From: an uncultured delta proteobacterium
Lineage (GTDB): Bacteria > Desulfobacterota > Binatia > Bin18
Direction of reading: 5' to 3'
NCBI GenBank assembly: GCA_963733195.1
Contig: CAVTCR010000061.1
Span: 1-46,686, forward strand
DNA length: 46,686 nt
Each line of letters starts with the position of its first letter. Position 1 is the first letter of the stretch. Made by a program: the position numbers and the translations under genes. Positions 22,055 through 30,517 of the stretch are shown piece by piece. The notes beneath the pieces were generated by a model. It was not told where the DNA came from and ran no database searches. It saw only the letters and a list, made by a program, of their open reading frames with translations.

Positions 22055-22301
22055 TTAGGTGAGGCGGTAGCGTGTAGGTGTAGCGAGTGGATCGCTATCC
22101 CCTGTTCGCCATGGCGCCAGAGTGAGTGTTGCTGTCGTCGAAGCATCGGATAGGTTCTGACCCATGCGACGAGGCTCTTGCCGTGTGGCTGCCGCAATCG
22201 CTTCCCGTACGCCGAAGTGCCCGCTCGCGCAGAGCGCAAGAATGACGTCGGTCAGCGAGGTGTCGGTCAGCGAAACGAGTGATCCTGCTCTGTGTATGCA
22301 T
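22055..22301 (-). CDS. Hypothetical ~81-aa protein, copy 2 (one indel)
   Basis: Near-identical to 14463-14708. Confidence 0.5.
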
Positions 22302-22363
22302 GATGAGGTTTCTCCTGTGGCCGTCGAGGCCAAGACACGACGTGTACGTGCATCCTTCCTTGC

Positions 22364-22567
22364 TTACAACACCCCATAGTTTTGCAGGGCGTGATAACAA
22401 ACGTAGGAGAGGAACGTGGCCATACCGAAGGTTACGGCGATGAAAGCCCTCTCACAGAGGGTTTCGTTGTTGACGTGATACGTCAGGCGTTCCTGCGTTG
22501 AAGACTCGATACGGGGAAACGCGTCTGCGGGTAGTACTGTGACAATGTTCGTGGTGTTCATGCTCAT
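22364..22567 (-). CDS. Small membrane protein (67 aa), copy 2
   Basis: Near-identical to 14771-14974. Confidence 0.6.
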   Translation of the reverse strand: MSMNTTNIVTVLPADAFPRIESSTQERLTYHVNNETLCERAFIAVTFGMATFLSYVCYHALQNYGVL

Positions 22568-22631
22568 TTTCCTTTACTAGTTATGTTAGTAATGATTGGT
22601 TTCTCTGTTGCATTGCACTGTCTTGCTACAA

Positions 22632-22662
22632 AGGCGTAACAAATGGTGGAACAATTGTTCAC
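22632..22662 (-). promoter_or_regulatory. Conserved 31-bp element, copy 6
   Basis: Exact consensus, 65 bp upstream of ATG 22567. Confidence 0.85.
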
Positions 22663-22747
22663 TGCAAAGAGACGGAGAATTGAGGCAGAGATAGTGACAA
22701 CAAACAGGTCCCGAGAATTCCTTCCTGTACCTCATTCGCCCAAGGAC

Positions 22748-22925
22748 CTGGATTCCCGCCCTTCGACTAGCTCACCTGTGCCTGCGGCACTGGCGCAGGC
22801 AGGACAGGCTTTCGCGCGTATGACAAAATTGGATGTTTCACGTCGTGCCCGCGCAGCTTGTCCCCGGTTCTTTAGGGGACCTGTCCCCGGTCCTTCAGGG
22901 GAGCAGGCATCCAGAGGTGGGGTTT
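22748..22925. repeat. Cluster of nested REP/MITE-like palindromes
   Basis: CTGGATTCC..ATGAC frame (also at 40568-40663) enclosing CTTCGACTAGCTCACCTGTGCCTGCGGCACTGGCGCAGGCAGGACAGGC (also at 41380-41432); tandem TGTCCCCGG..AGGGGA units. Confidence 0.6.
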
Positions 22926-23084
22926 GCGATGAGCAGCAGAGACAAAGGCGAACGGACAAATGATTGTGGGAAAAAAAGAAAGGGCAAGAAAAGAAAATCT
23001 GGACTATCTGTGATAGATGAAGGCCAAGCTACATCAGATACGCTTTTTTGTTCACATCAGTCCAGATTTTCAGCAAGATCTCGC

Positions 23085-23942
23085 TTACTGCAACGCGATG
23101 AGGATAGGAATCAAACCTTGACCATCAATCAACGGACGCAGCGCTTTTCCAATAACCGCGCCTGGCGCTTTGGCTGAATCGGATGCTTTCATTGCATGCC
23201 CTGCCGTAGGTGAGGTCGTCAATAGATCACCGACTTCAACCGCACCGTACTGCGCATCGACTTTGCAGAACACTTTGCCCACCAACGCAATTGGTTGACG
23301 CGTGAGATCAGACTGCTGTTTGTCGAGCACGATCCCTGGCTTATAGTCTCCAGCACCAGAAATCACACCCGCGACACGCTTGTCGTACGGCTGCTGACTC
23401 GGGAAGAGTGCACCGTTTTCACCGACCACCATCACGGTACCAGGTTCAACGGCAATGCCCACACCAATAGTGAAATCCTCGGCACAGTCCGCGTTGGTCA
23501 GCCGAATGTCGCCTGTAACCTCGACATCGCCTTGAAAGATTGCCGCCGTCCCATGACTGAATGCCACGAGCCCTACACCAGTGTTACTAATAGCTTTGAC
23601 ACCGATACCCGCTCCCTTGTGTTCACCCCAGACACCAGCGGGACCATTTTCCAACCCACTCGTTTCACCATAGACGCCAATCCATTTCTTGCTGACGCCT
23701 ACCACACCTGTTCCTCCAGCAATGTTCTCACCATACACGCCGAAGCCGCCGGACGTACTCTCGCTGATGCCCACAACACCACACCATCCCTTACCCGTGG
23801 CGAGCACGCCATTGGCACCTCCCTCGGCTTCGACCCCATTAACGTCACCTTTTCCTGACAGACCAACAGAATTTCCTCGCATCGCCGTTTCTGTCATCCC
23901 AAGAGTGTTCTCGCCATTCATTTCACCTTTTACGGTAGTCAT
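23085..23942 (-). CDS. Fibre-like protein: GVxG beta-helix repeats plus C-terminal intramolecular-chaperone (Peptidase G2-like) domain
   Basis: Repeated GVxG/GVYG units; FQGDVEVTG, ADCAEDF, PGTVMV, IALVGKVFCKVDA, GDLLTTS..GHAMKA and VIGKAL; no signal peptide. Confidence 0.7.
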   Translation of the reverse strand: MTTVKGEMNGENTLGMTETAMRGNSVGLSGKGDVNGVEAEGGANGVLATGKGWCGVVGISESTSGGFGVYGENIAGGTGVVGVSKKWIGVYGETSGLENGPAGVWGEHKGAGIGVKAISNTGVGLVAFSHGTAAIFQGDVEVTGDIRLTNADCAEDFTIGVGIAVEPGTVMVVGENGALFPSQQPYDKRVAGVISGAGDYKPGIVLDKQQSDLTRQPIALVGKVFCKVDAQYGAVEVGDLLTTSPTAGHAMKASDSAKAPGAVIGKALRPLIDGQGLIPILIALQ

Positions 23943-23991
23943 TTGCATTTCTCCTTTCAGACATGGAGTGTAAATAATCACTACATGTTAT

Positions 23992-26137
23992 TTATCGCGG
24001 TTCCCCGGTCATGTCGTTGCGCGATTTATGAGCCCGATGTTGATTGTACAGAGACCGCATCAATTCCTTGAAGTCGTCGGTGTCGGCACTTGAGGAAGCC
24101 TGGACATCACGAGTGAGGTTTCGTGGCGGTAGTGGTGGCACCGGAATGCTCGGGATGTCCTGCCGCGGGGTTGCCCGTAGCACCATCGACAGATCGTTGG
24201 CTGCGGCCATGCGTTCACCCATGTCTGGCGGATAGGCGCTCATGAAACGTCGAGCAATGGTCTTGGCGATTGCGGTATGATCGAAGACAACATTACTCAC
24301 CGCACGTTGGTCAACCCACGGCGAGATTACGAAGGACGGCACCCGCACGCCGTAGTGGTCGATACCCGACACCGGTTTGGCCTTCTCCCGGAACAGTAGC
24401 GGATTCACATGATCGTAGAAGCCGCCGTGTTCGTCGTAAGTGATGATGAGCAAGGTTTTGTTCCACTTCGGGCCTTGCATCACCGCATTCACCACTCTTC
24501 CGATCAAGTTTTGCCCGGCACCAATATTGGCTGGTGCGCCGTCGTCATTGTCCTCTCCGTCTGGCTCATCGATGAAGTTGGGATCGATAAACGATACGGC
24601 CGGTAAGGTTCCTGCTTGTGCACTGGCAAAAAATCCCCTCGCCGGGTCATTGGCCTCAACAATAAAAGTATCATCACTGGAATACCGTGCGAACAGACGC
24701 AGAAAACAGTAACGGTGTTCGAAATAACGCCAACTCACTGCCGTGTTCGGTAAGATGATCAAAGAGATTCTTGGTGTGCACTGGCCTGAAGGCATCACCG
24801 TGAGGATTGTTGACCTCGAAGTTGCCGAGGGGATCGCGGTTTAATCGCCCCGTCAACGTGTAGAATCGATTCGGAAATGTCGGCCCAGGGTGGGCGGCAA
24901 ACCAACGTTGACACACGAGAAACTGACTGGCTAAATCGTCATATACCGGCACTCGATCCTTATTGTGGTACCCCATAATCTTGCCAGGATCTTCCCCTTC
25001 GGCTTCGTATTGCTTGGCGAAGGCAGCGACAAATCCATCCATCCTACCGCCGCCAATCTGATTCATGATCGGTTCGTGGCCATGTGGCGGACTGTGTGTG
25101 AATTCTGCATTCGGCAACAGGAAAGACGGGTAATCACGTCCGTTGTAAGGATTCTTCTCACCTCCACGGAGACCATCGATATCGGACCGTCCGCCTTCTT
25201 TGCTCAAATAGCCAAGCATGTGATCAAATGAGCGGTTCTCCATCATCAGCACGACAATGTGATCGATGTTGGCGAGGCGACCCGGGTCCAGTGGGGGTTG
25301 AGGATTTTCAGGGAACGGCTCCAGTTGGCCGGGCGGGATAATATACTGAATCGTCAGGGTTTGGTCATTTCCCTCGACCCCAACCACATGGAAATCTCCC
25401 CCCACCAGCCAGCGCGTCGCCATGCTATTCAGCTTATCGCGGTGTTTCGTCAGGGCCTCAGTAAGCTCGCTATTAAACTTCTTCTCAATCCGTGAATCGA
25501 ACACCCCGTCAGGCAACCCTGACACATCAACCGAGGTGCTGGTTTTGATCAAATTCTTATCCGTTCTCAGACTCACGAGACCAGCACTGCTGTCGTGCTC
25601 AAAAAGAAACTGCACGCGAATATTGAAGTAGGTGAAATTGACGTTGGGATGGTTATTCACAATCAGTTCGACCCCGTCGGTCTCAAAACGGATATCTACA
25701 GCCACTCCTACTGGCGAGCCAGGGACGACATTCGCCAGAAGTGCACGACTATTCACGCCAGAGAGGTAGACATCGGGGTTAATCGGGCCAGGATAATCCG
25801 CCTCAAGTTGGCCAAGATCGTGGACACCATCTAATATCGACGTGTACCCCTTCGTCGCATCATCAAATAAGACGTCGACCGTACTATGACGGTGGTCGCC
25901 ACTCCCAAGGTTATGGAGTTTCACCTGGAATATAGGCCGAGGTCGCTCATTGAAAAACTGGTTGAATTTACGCTGTAAAAAATCGAGCGAGATCACCTTC
26001 TGAAGAATACGCCCGGGCGGGAGCGCACCGACGAGCTCACGCACCGATACAGGAAACGACGCACCCTGTTGATGGGCTACTTCCTTAATACTCACGGCTT
26101 GTCCGAAAGCGCCTAACGCTTCACGCACGCTGGTCAT
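23992..26137 (-). CDS. Phosphoesterase / phospholipase C family protein with a long N-terminal extension (frameshift near 24720)
   Basis: IDHIVVLMMENRSFDHMLG, GPTFPNR, LPAVSFIDP, TLLIITYDEHGGFYDHV, GVRVP.FVISPW and FDHT. Confidence 0.88.
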
Positions 26138-26165
26138 AATCATTCTCCTTGTGTATAACTCAGAG

Positions 26166-27677
26166 TTACTGTAAGGCGATGAGGATCGGAATTAATCCTT
26201 GCCCTTTTGCCAAGGGACGTAAGGCCTTTCCAATCACCGCGCCAAATGCTTTGCTTGGCTTCGTGGCTTTCATGGCATGCCCTAACGTGGGTGAGGTGGT
26301 CAGCAGATCCCCAACCGCGATCGCGCCATACTGCGCATCGACTTTGCAGAAGACTTTGCCCACCAGCGCGATTGGCTGGCGTGTGAGATCTGACTTTTGC
26401 TTGTCCAACACAATCCCCGGCTTGTAATCACCCGCACCGGAGACTACGCCAGCGACGCCCTTGTCGTACGCCTTCTCACATGGGAAAAGTGAGCCATCTT
26501 TTCCGACCACCATGACCGTGCCGGGTTCGACAGCAGTTTCCAAACCAATAGTGAAATCTTCCGCGCAATCCGCGTTGGTCAGGCGAATGTCACCAGCAAC
26601 TTCGATATCGCCGGTCGTCAGAATGTTGCCGTTCACTTCAAGCCGCGCGCGCGGGTCCGCGGTTCCGATACCCACATTGCCGCTGGGGGCTACGGTGAGT
26701 CCTCTGTTGTAGCCTGCCCATAGTGACGTCTTAGTTCCTGTCGCACCGAGCAGCATCATCTCCCCTGCACCAAATGGCGCTCCTGCATCGGGCACGCCGA
26801 CGTAGCCTTTTGGGGCACCCTCCGGATAGAAATCCCAACCGGCGGCGAAATGACCGGAGTTGCCAGGAGTGGTCTCTAGACGAGGCGGAAGCTCATTGGC
26901 CCCAGACAGAATATGCAGTTTCGAGATCGGTTCCTCGGTCCCGATACCGACGTTGCCGTCGGTGGCTAACGTGACACTTCTATTTGCTCCTGCCCACAGT
27001 GACGTTTTGGTTCCCGGCCCGCCGAACAGCAATAGCTCCCCGGCGCCAAACCCGGCATTCGCATCGGGCACACCGACATACCCTTTCCCGGTTCCCGCCG
27101 GATTGAAGTTGACGTTGGTGTTGTTCACTTGCCACACCGTAGCTGGCATCGACTCCACAATCATTGAGACAGCGCGATCATTCCAATCCAGACTGATGGC
27201 CGGGGTGTCAGCGCGCAGCGTGACACTGACGCCCTGGAAATTGGGCTGATCAAAGAGTCTGATCATCACGCCATACGGAATGAGGGCTGAACTCAACGTC
27301 TTCCCGATGCTAATCGTGGCAGCGTCGTGCTTGCCAATGGGTAAAAGCTGAAACTTGCCGCCGTAATTCGCATGCTCAAAGATCATGACCTCCTTGATCA
27401 TCGGAGGCGGTTCCGTCGCCCCATACACGATCATGGAGCTGGCTCGATCATTCCAGGATAGTGTTATTGCTGGGGTATTCTCGCGGATCTCGATGAAGCG
27501 CCCTTGAAAATGGAAGTGCTCATACAACCTGACTACCAACCCTTTGGGGACCTGAAGCGAACTGAGCGTATCATTGCCGATGGTAATTTGCTTGAGAGCG
27601 TCATCGTATCGACCCTTGGGTAACACTTGCGAACGGCCTTGAAAATGTGCGTGTTCGAAAACTTGTACGTCTGCCAT
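26166..27677 (-). CDS. Beta/gamma-crystallin (two domains) + GNVGIGT fibre repeats + Peptidase G2-like chaperone domain
   Basis: FEHAHFQG, NDTLSSL and WNDRASS crystallin motifs; duplicated KGYVGVPDA..GAGE..TKTSLWAG..GNVGIGT unit; C-terminus nearly identical to 23085-23942. Confidence 0.8.
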   Translation of the reverse strand: MADVQVFEHAHFQGRSQVLPKGRYDDALKQITIGNDTLSSLQVPKGLVVRLYEHFHFQGRFIEIRENTPAITLSWNDRASSMIVYGATEPPPMIKEVMIFEHANYGGKFQLLPIGKHDAATISIGKTLSSALIPYGVMIRLFDQPNFQGVSVTLRADTPAISLDWNDRAVSMIVESMPATVWQVNNTNVNFNPAGTGKGYVGVPDANAGFGAGELLLFGGPGTKTSLWAGANRSVTLATDGNVGIGTEEPISKLHILSGANELPPRLETTPGNSGHFAAGWDFYPEGAPKGYVGVPDAGAPFGAGEMMLLGATGTKTSLWAGYNRGLTVAPSGNVGIGTADPRARLEVNGNILTTGDIEVAGDIRLTNADCAEDFTIGLETAVEPGTVMVVGKDGSLFPCEKAYDKGVAGVVSGAGDYKPGIVLDKQKSDLTRQPIALVGKVFCKVDAQYGAIAVGDLLTTSPTLGHAMKATKPSKAFGAVIGKALRPLAKGQGLIPILIALQ

Positions 27678-27732
27678 GATTTACCTCCTATGAGTGTTTG
27701 TTTAAAGAAGCGATTCGCTGTTCCACAAAGAA

Positions 27733-27763
27733 AGGCGTAACAAATGGTGGAACAATTGTTCAC
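27733..27763 (-). promoter_or_regulatory. Conserved 31-bp element, copy 7
   Basis: Exact consensus, 56 bp upstream of ATG 27677, directly abutting the stop codon at 27764-27766. Confidence 0.85.
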
Positions 27764-27961
27764 TTAGAAGCCCAGATAGTAGATGCGAAACGCGTGGTAG
27801 AGTTCGTAGTAGAACCAACTGGTAAGAAAAAATCCGACGGTAAGAACGGTCACATCTATTGCCGTATTTATTCGTTCACTCATGACTATTGCCCTGCCTC
27901 TTTGCGTGGAGAGGAAAAGCTTGAGCGGCTTTTCCTCATACGAGTGGGTTGATGTCAGCAA
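27764..27961 (-). CDS. Small membrane protein (C-terminal TM helix), distant relative of 14771-14974
   Basis: ..VTVLTVGFFLTSWFYYELYHAFRIY resembles ..TFGMATFLSYVCYHALQNY; follows the MddA-like gene by 8 bp; start uncertain. Confidence 0.45.
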   Translation of the reverse strand: MLTSTHSYEEKPLKLFLSTQRGRAIVMSERINTAIDVTVLTVGFFLTSWFYYELYHAFRIYYLGF

Positions 27962-27968
27962 CAGCTTC

Positions 27969-28748
27969 CTATGCAGCAGTTTTGTGCATCACTTCTTGAG
28001 CAGCCTGCTGGGGCATCGTCTTCTTGGCGAAGAACCGGGGGACAAGCATTGGTACTTGTCGACGGTACTCCGCATACGCCGCATGCGCCGCGAGCAAATC
28101 CCGTTCTTCGAGCTGAATGGCGATCAGGATGTAGGCGGTAGTCAGCAACGCAAACACCAGATGTGCCACCGTCATCGTCGGCGTCGCCCAGAAAGCGAAG
28201 AACCAGCCAACGTACAGCGGGTGCCGCACGAGTTTGTAAGGGCCAGGAGTTCCGAACTTCAGGGGCGTGTACTCTTTCCCGCGCAGATAGAGATACACCT
28301 GCCGCAAACCGAAGAGATCAAAGTGGTTAATCAGGAACGTCGAGACCAACACGAGCAGCCAACCAAAAGCAAACAACCCATACAGCAGCAGGCGCCCCGT
28401 TGAATTCTCGATATTCCAGATCGTGCCGCCCATTGGTTGCCACTGCCAGAACAGCAACAGTAAGGCGAGGCTGGAGAATAGAACATAGGTGCTACGCTCA
28501 ACCTGGGGGGGGACAAATGCGGTCCACCAGCGCTTGAAGGCTGGCCGCGCCATGATGCTATGTTGCAGCGCAAACAGGCCCAGTAACCCAACGTTGACCA
28601 GCAGGGCCTGACCAAAGGTCATCTCTGGGATTGAATCCATGGCCTTTGGGACGAGAAAATTACCAACGAAACCAATGGCATAGAGGAACGTACCGAAGAA
28701 AATCAGATAACATGTCACACCATAGATAAAAGCAATAATTCTTCGCAT
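27969..28748 (-). CDS. mddA: Methanethiol S-methyltransferase (MddA)-like / isoprenylcysteine methyltransferase family membrane protein
   Basis: MRRIIAFIYG start after AAAGGAG; LFALQHSIMARPAFKRWWT, ERSTYVL, INHFDLFGLRQV, YKLVRHPLYVG, FWATPTMT and EERDL. Confidence 0.8.
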   Translation of the reverse strand: MRRIIAFIYGVTCYLIFFGTFLYAIGFVGNFLVPKAMDSIPEMTFGQALLVNVGLLGLFALQHSIMARPAFKRWWTAFVPPQVERSTYVLFSSLALLLLFWQWQPMGGTIWNIENSTGRLLLYGLFAFGWLLVLVSTFLINHFDLFGLRQVYLYLRGKEYTPLKFGTPGPYKLVRHPLYVGWFFAFWATPTMTVAHLVFALLTTAYILIAIQLEERDLLAAHAAYAEYRRQVPMLVPRFFAKKTMPQQAAQEVMHKTAA

Positions 28749-28876
28749 GACGGATACTCCTTTTTGAATTAGTGGGGTTGTTTTTCGTCGTGTTTGTCTT
28801 TGCCTCATCAGTTCACATGCTGTGCATAACTGCGCCCTCCTCTTCCGCTTGCTTGAATGCTGTTCTCTGTGGAGAA

Positions 28877-28958
28877 AGGCGTAACAAATGGTGGAACAAT
28901 TGTTCACTGCAACAAGCGAACAAAGGGCAGGGAACAGGAAAGGACGGAACAATTGTTC
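28877..28958 (-). promoter_or_regulatory. Conserved 31-bp element, copy 8 (28877-28907), plus distal palindrome (28947-28958)
   Basis: Exact consensus; second GAACAATTGTTC 53 bp away. Confidence 0.85.
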
Positions 28959-29337
28959 ACTGGAGGAGGAAAACGGAGAAAAAAGGCGATAGGGCGTAGG
29001 CTGAAGGCTGGAGAAAATGGAAAAAGGATAAATAGGAAATTACAGGTTAAGTAAGGTAACGCTCAACGCACTGAAGCCACCGAACTCCAGAAGTGATAAA
29101 GTTCCACGGCAGCCATGCTGTTCCTCCTTGGGACTTAGCACGATGTCATTGCTGTAATTGAGACACCGAACTACCGAACAACGTAGGATGGGTTGCGCCC
29201 CACCCTACAAAACTTGATTCCTCGGCGTTGCACTTCTCTGGATGACAACCCACTATAATTGAGCGGCGCAGCTTGGCTGTGCCCGTTGCAATGATATAGT
29301 AGTCTTGCTGTTGTATTGATAATTGATGAGGATGCTC

Positions 29338-29523
29338 ATGGATGCCTTAGTTGAACGCCTAGACACAAAGCTGCGTGAATGGACGCCCGGGACCGCAGAA
29401 CAGGTAAGACAGCGGATTGTCGAGATTATTGACTTAGCCGACCACGATGCCCTAGATGTTTCACGGTCTCGAGCCGTGGAACAGGAAGTGTTGGACCTCC
29501 TCGATGAACCCGCAACCCGGTGA
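29338..29523 (+). CDS. Putative antitoxin (small acidic protein overlapping a mazF-like gene)
   Basis: MDALVERLDTKLREW..EVLDLLDEPATR overlaps the start of the MazF/PemK-like reading frame. Confidence 0.55.
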   Translation: MDALVERLDTKLREWTPGTAEQVRQRIVEIIDLADHDALDVSRSRAVEQEVLDLLDEPATR

Positions 29524-29733
29524 AGTGTGGCTTGCTGACCTGGGCTTAGGACTTTGAGACAAAACCTCTGGATGCTTTTTCCAAGTATTTACTATTTCAA
29601 GAGATTTTTTAATCTTTCCTGTAGCTGTAGGGGTTTTGTCCCGTAATCCTTAGCGGCGAAGACGCGACCGGTCGTGGTCGTGTCCCGCTCCGACCCTGAC
29701 CCGCCACAATGGAAGGTAAAAGAAGCTGCTTAA
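29504..29733 (+). pseudogene. mazF: MazF/PemK toxin remnant, interrupted by a MITE and truncated
   Basis: MNPQPGEVWLADLGL [insertion] AAKTRPVVVVSRSDPDPP, then loss of similarity and a stop. Confidence 0.75.
29549..29649. mobile_element. 101-bp MITE with 20-bp imperfect TIRs and TTA target duplication
   Basis: GGACTTTGAGACAAAACCTC ... GGGGTTTTGTCCCGTAATCC; TTA at 29546-29548 and 29650-29652; removing it restores the toxin frame. Confidence 0.8.
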
Positions 29734-30517
29734 ACTCCAAGACTGGCTGGTATTTCCTTCGTGTATGCCAACTTGCGAGTATTGTTCAGTCGGAATGAAC
29801 AATTTGTTCAGTGCTTTGTTACGCTTTATAACCGAAGGAGGCATGAGCGATGATTAGATTACGGAGGTTCTTTGGCTTAATTGCATGTGGATGGTTGAGC
29901 TGAGCAGGAACTGTTCATACTGATGCTGTAACCGATTGGAACCAACATGCAGCTACTGCCATCATTCCTGCAGCCCCATTGGTGCCGGAAAGCCTACTGC
30001 CTTGGGTCTTGTATATTGGGCCATCGTCCATACCGCCTCTACGACGCCGTCCATGCCATCGCCGGCTCCCCCTTCGAGCCTTATACGGGCCTACCGACAG
30101 TGGTTGGGCAACGCGCTTCTGCGCTCAATATGTTGGGTAGCCCAATGAAGTCTGTTTTAATTCAAGAACTTCTCGGACGGACTCTGAGTGCCCTAATCAT
30201 CACCAATAGTGCCATCCTACAGGTCACTACATTCACGTTCCGTCGCGTGAAAGAGACGGAATTGCTCTCTACCGTCTACGCAGGCACGCAGAATATAGAT
30301 GGGATGAGGCGGGGGATGAGCATGTACCAGCAGGTCGCTGCCTGCTCTCCAACCGCTAAGACTTTTGGATTGACAGAAGCAGCAGACCGGGCGTAAGGAG
30401 AAGAAAGGCACTGTATGCACCAGAGCCCTTGCGCTTGACTGAGCCTTTTCTTCCTCTGTAGGCACCTTCGCCACGACAGTGCTATCGGACAGATAGCGCG
30501 GGAAAGGAGGACTGCCG

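Noticed and set aside
13698-22575. The 1.28-kb duplication as an assembly artefact
   Set aside because: The copies differ by many substitutions, including synonymous-looking ones, and have different flanks; more consistent with a real duplication, though read mapping should confirm
23085-27677. Prophage
   Set aside because: Only fibre-like chaperone domains are present; no capsid, terminase, portal, integrase or lysis genes
29947-30396. 149-aa ORF as a real gene
   Set aside because: No recognisable motif and no convincing RBS; cannot be supported from the sequence alone
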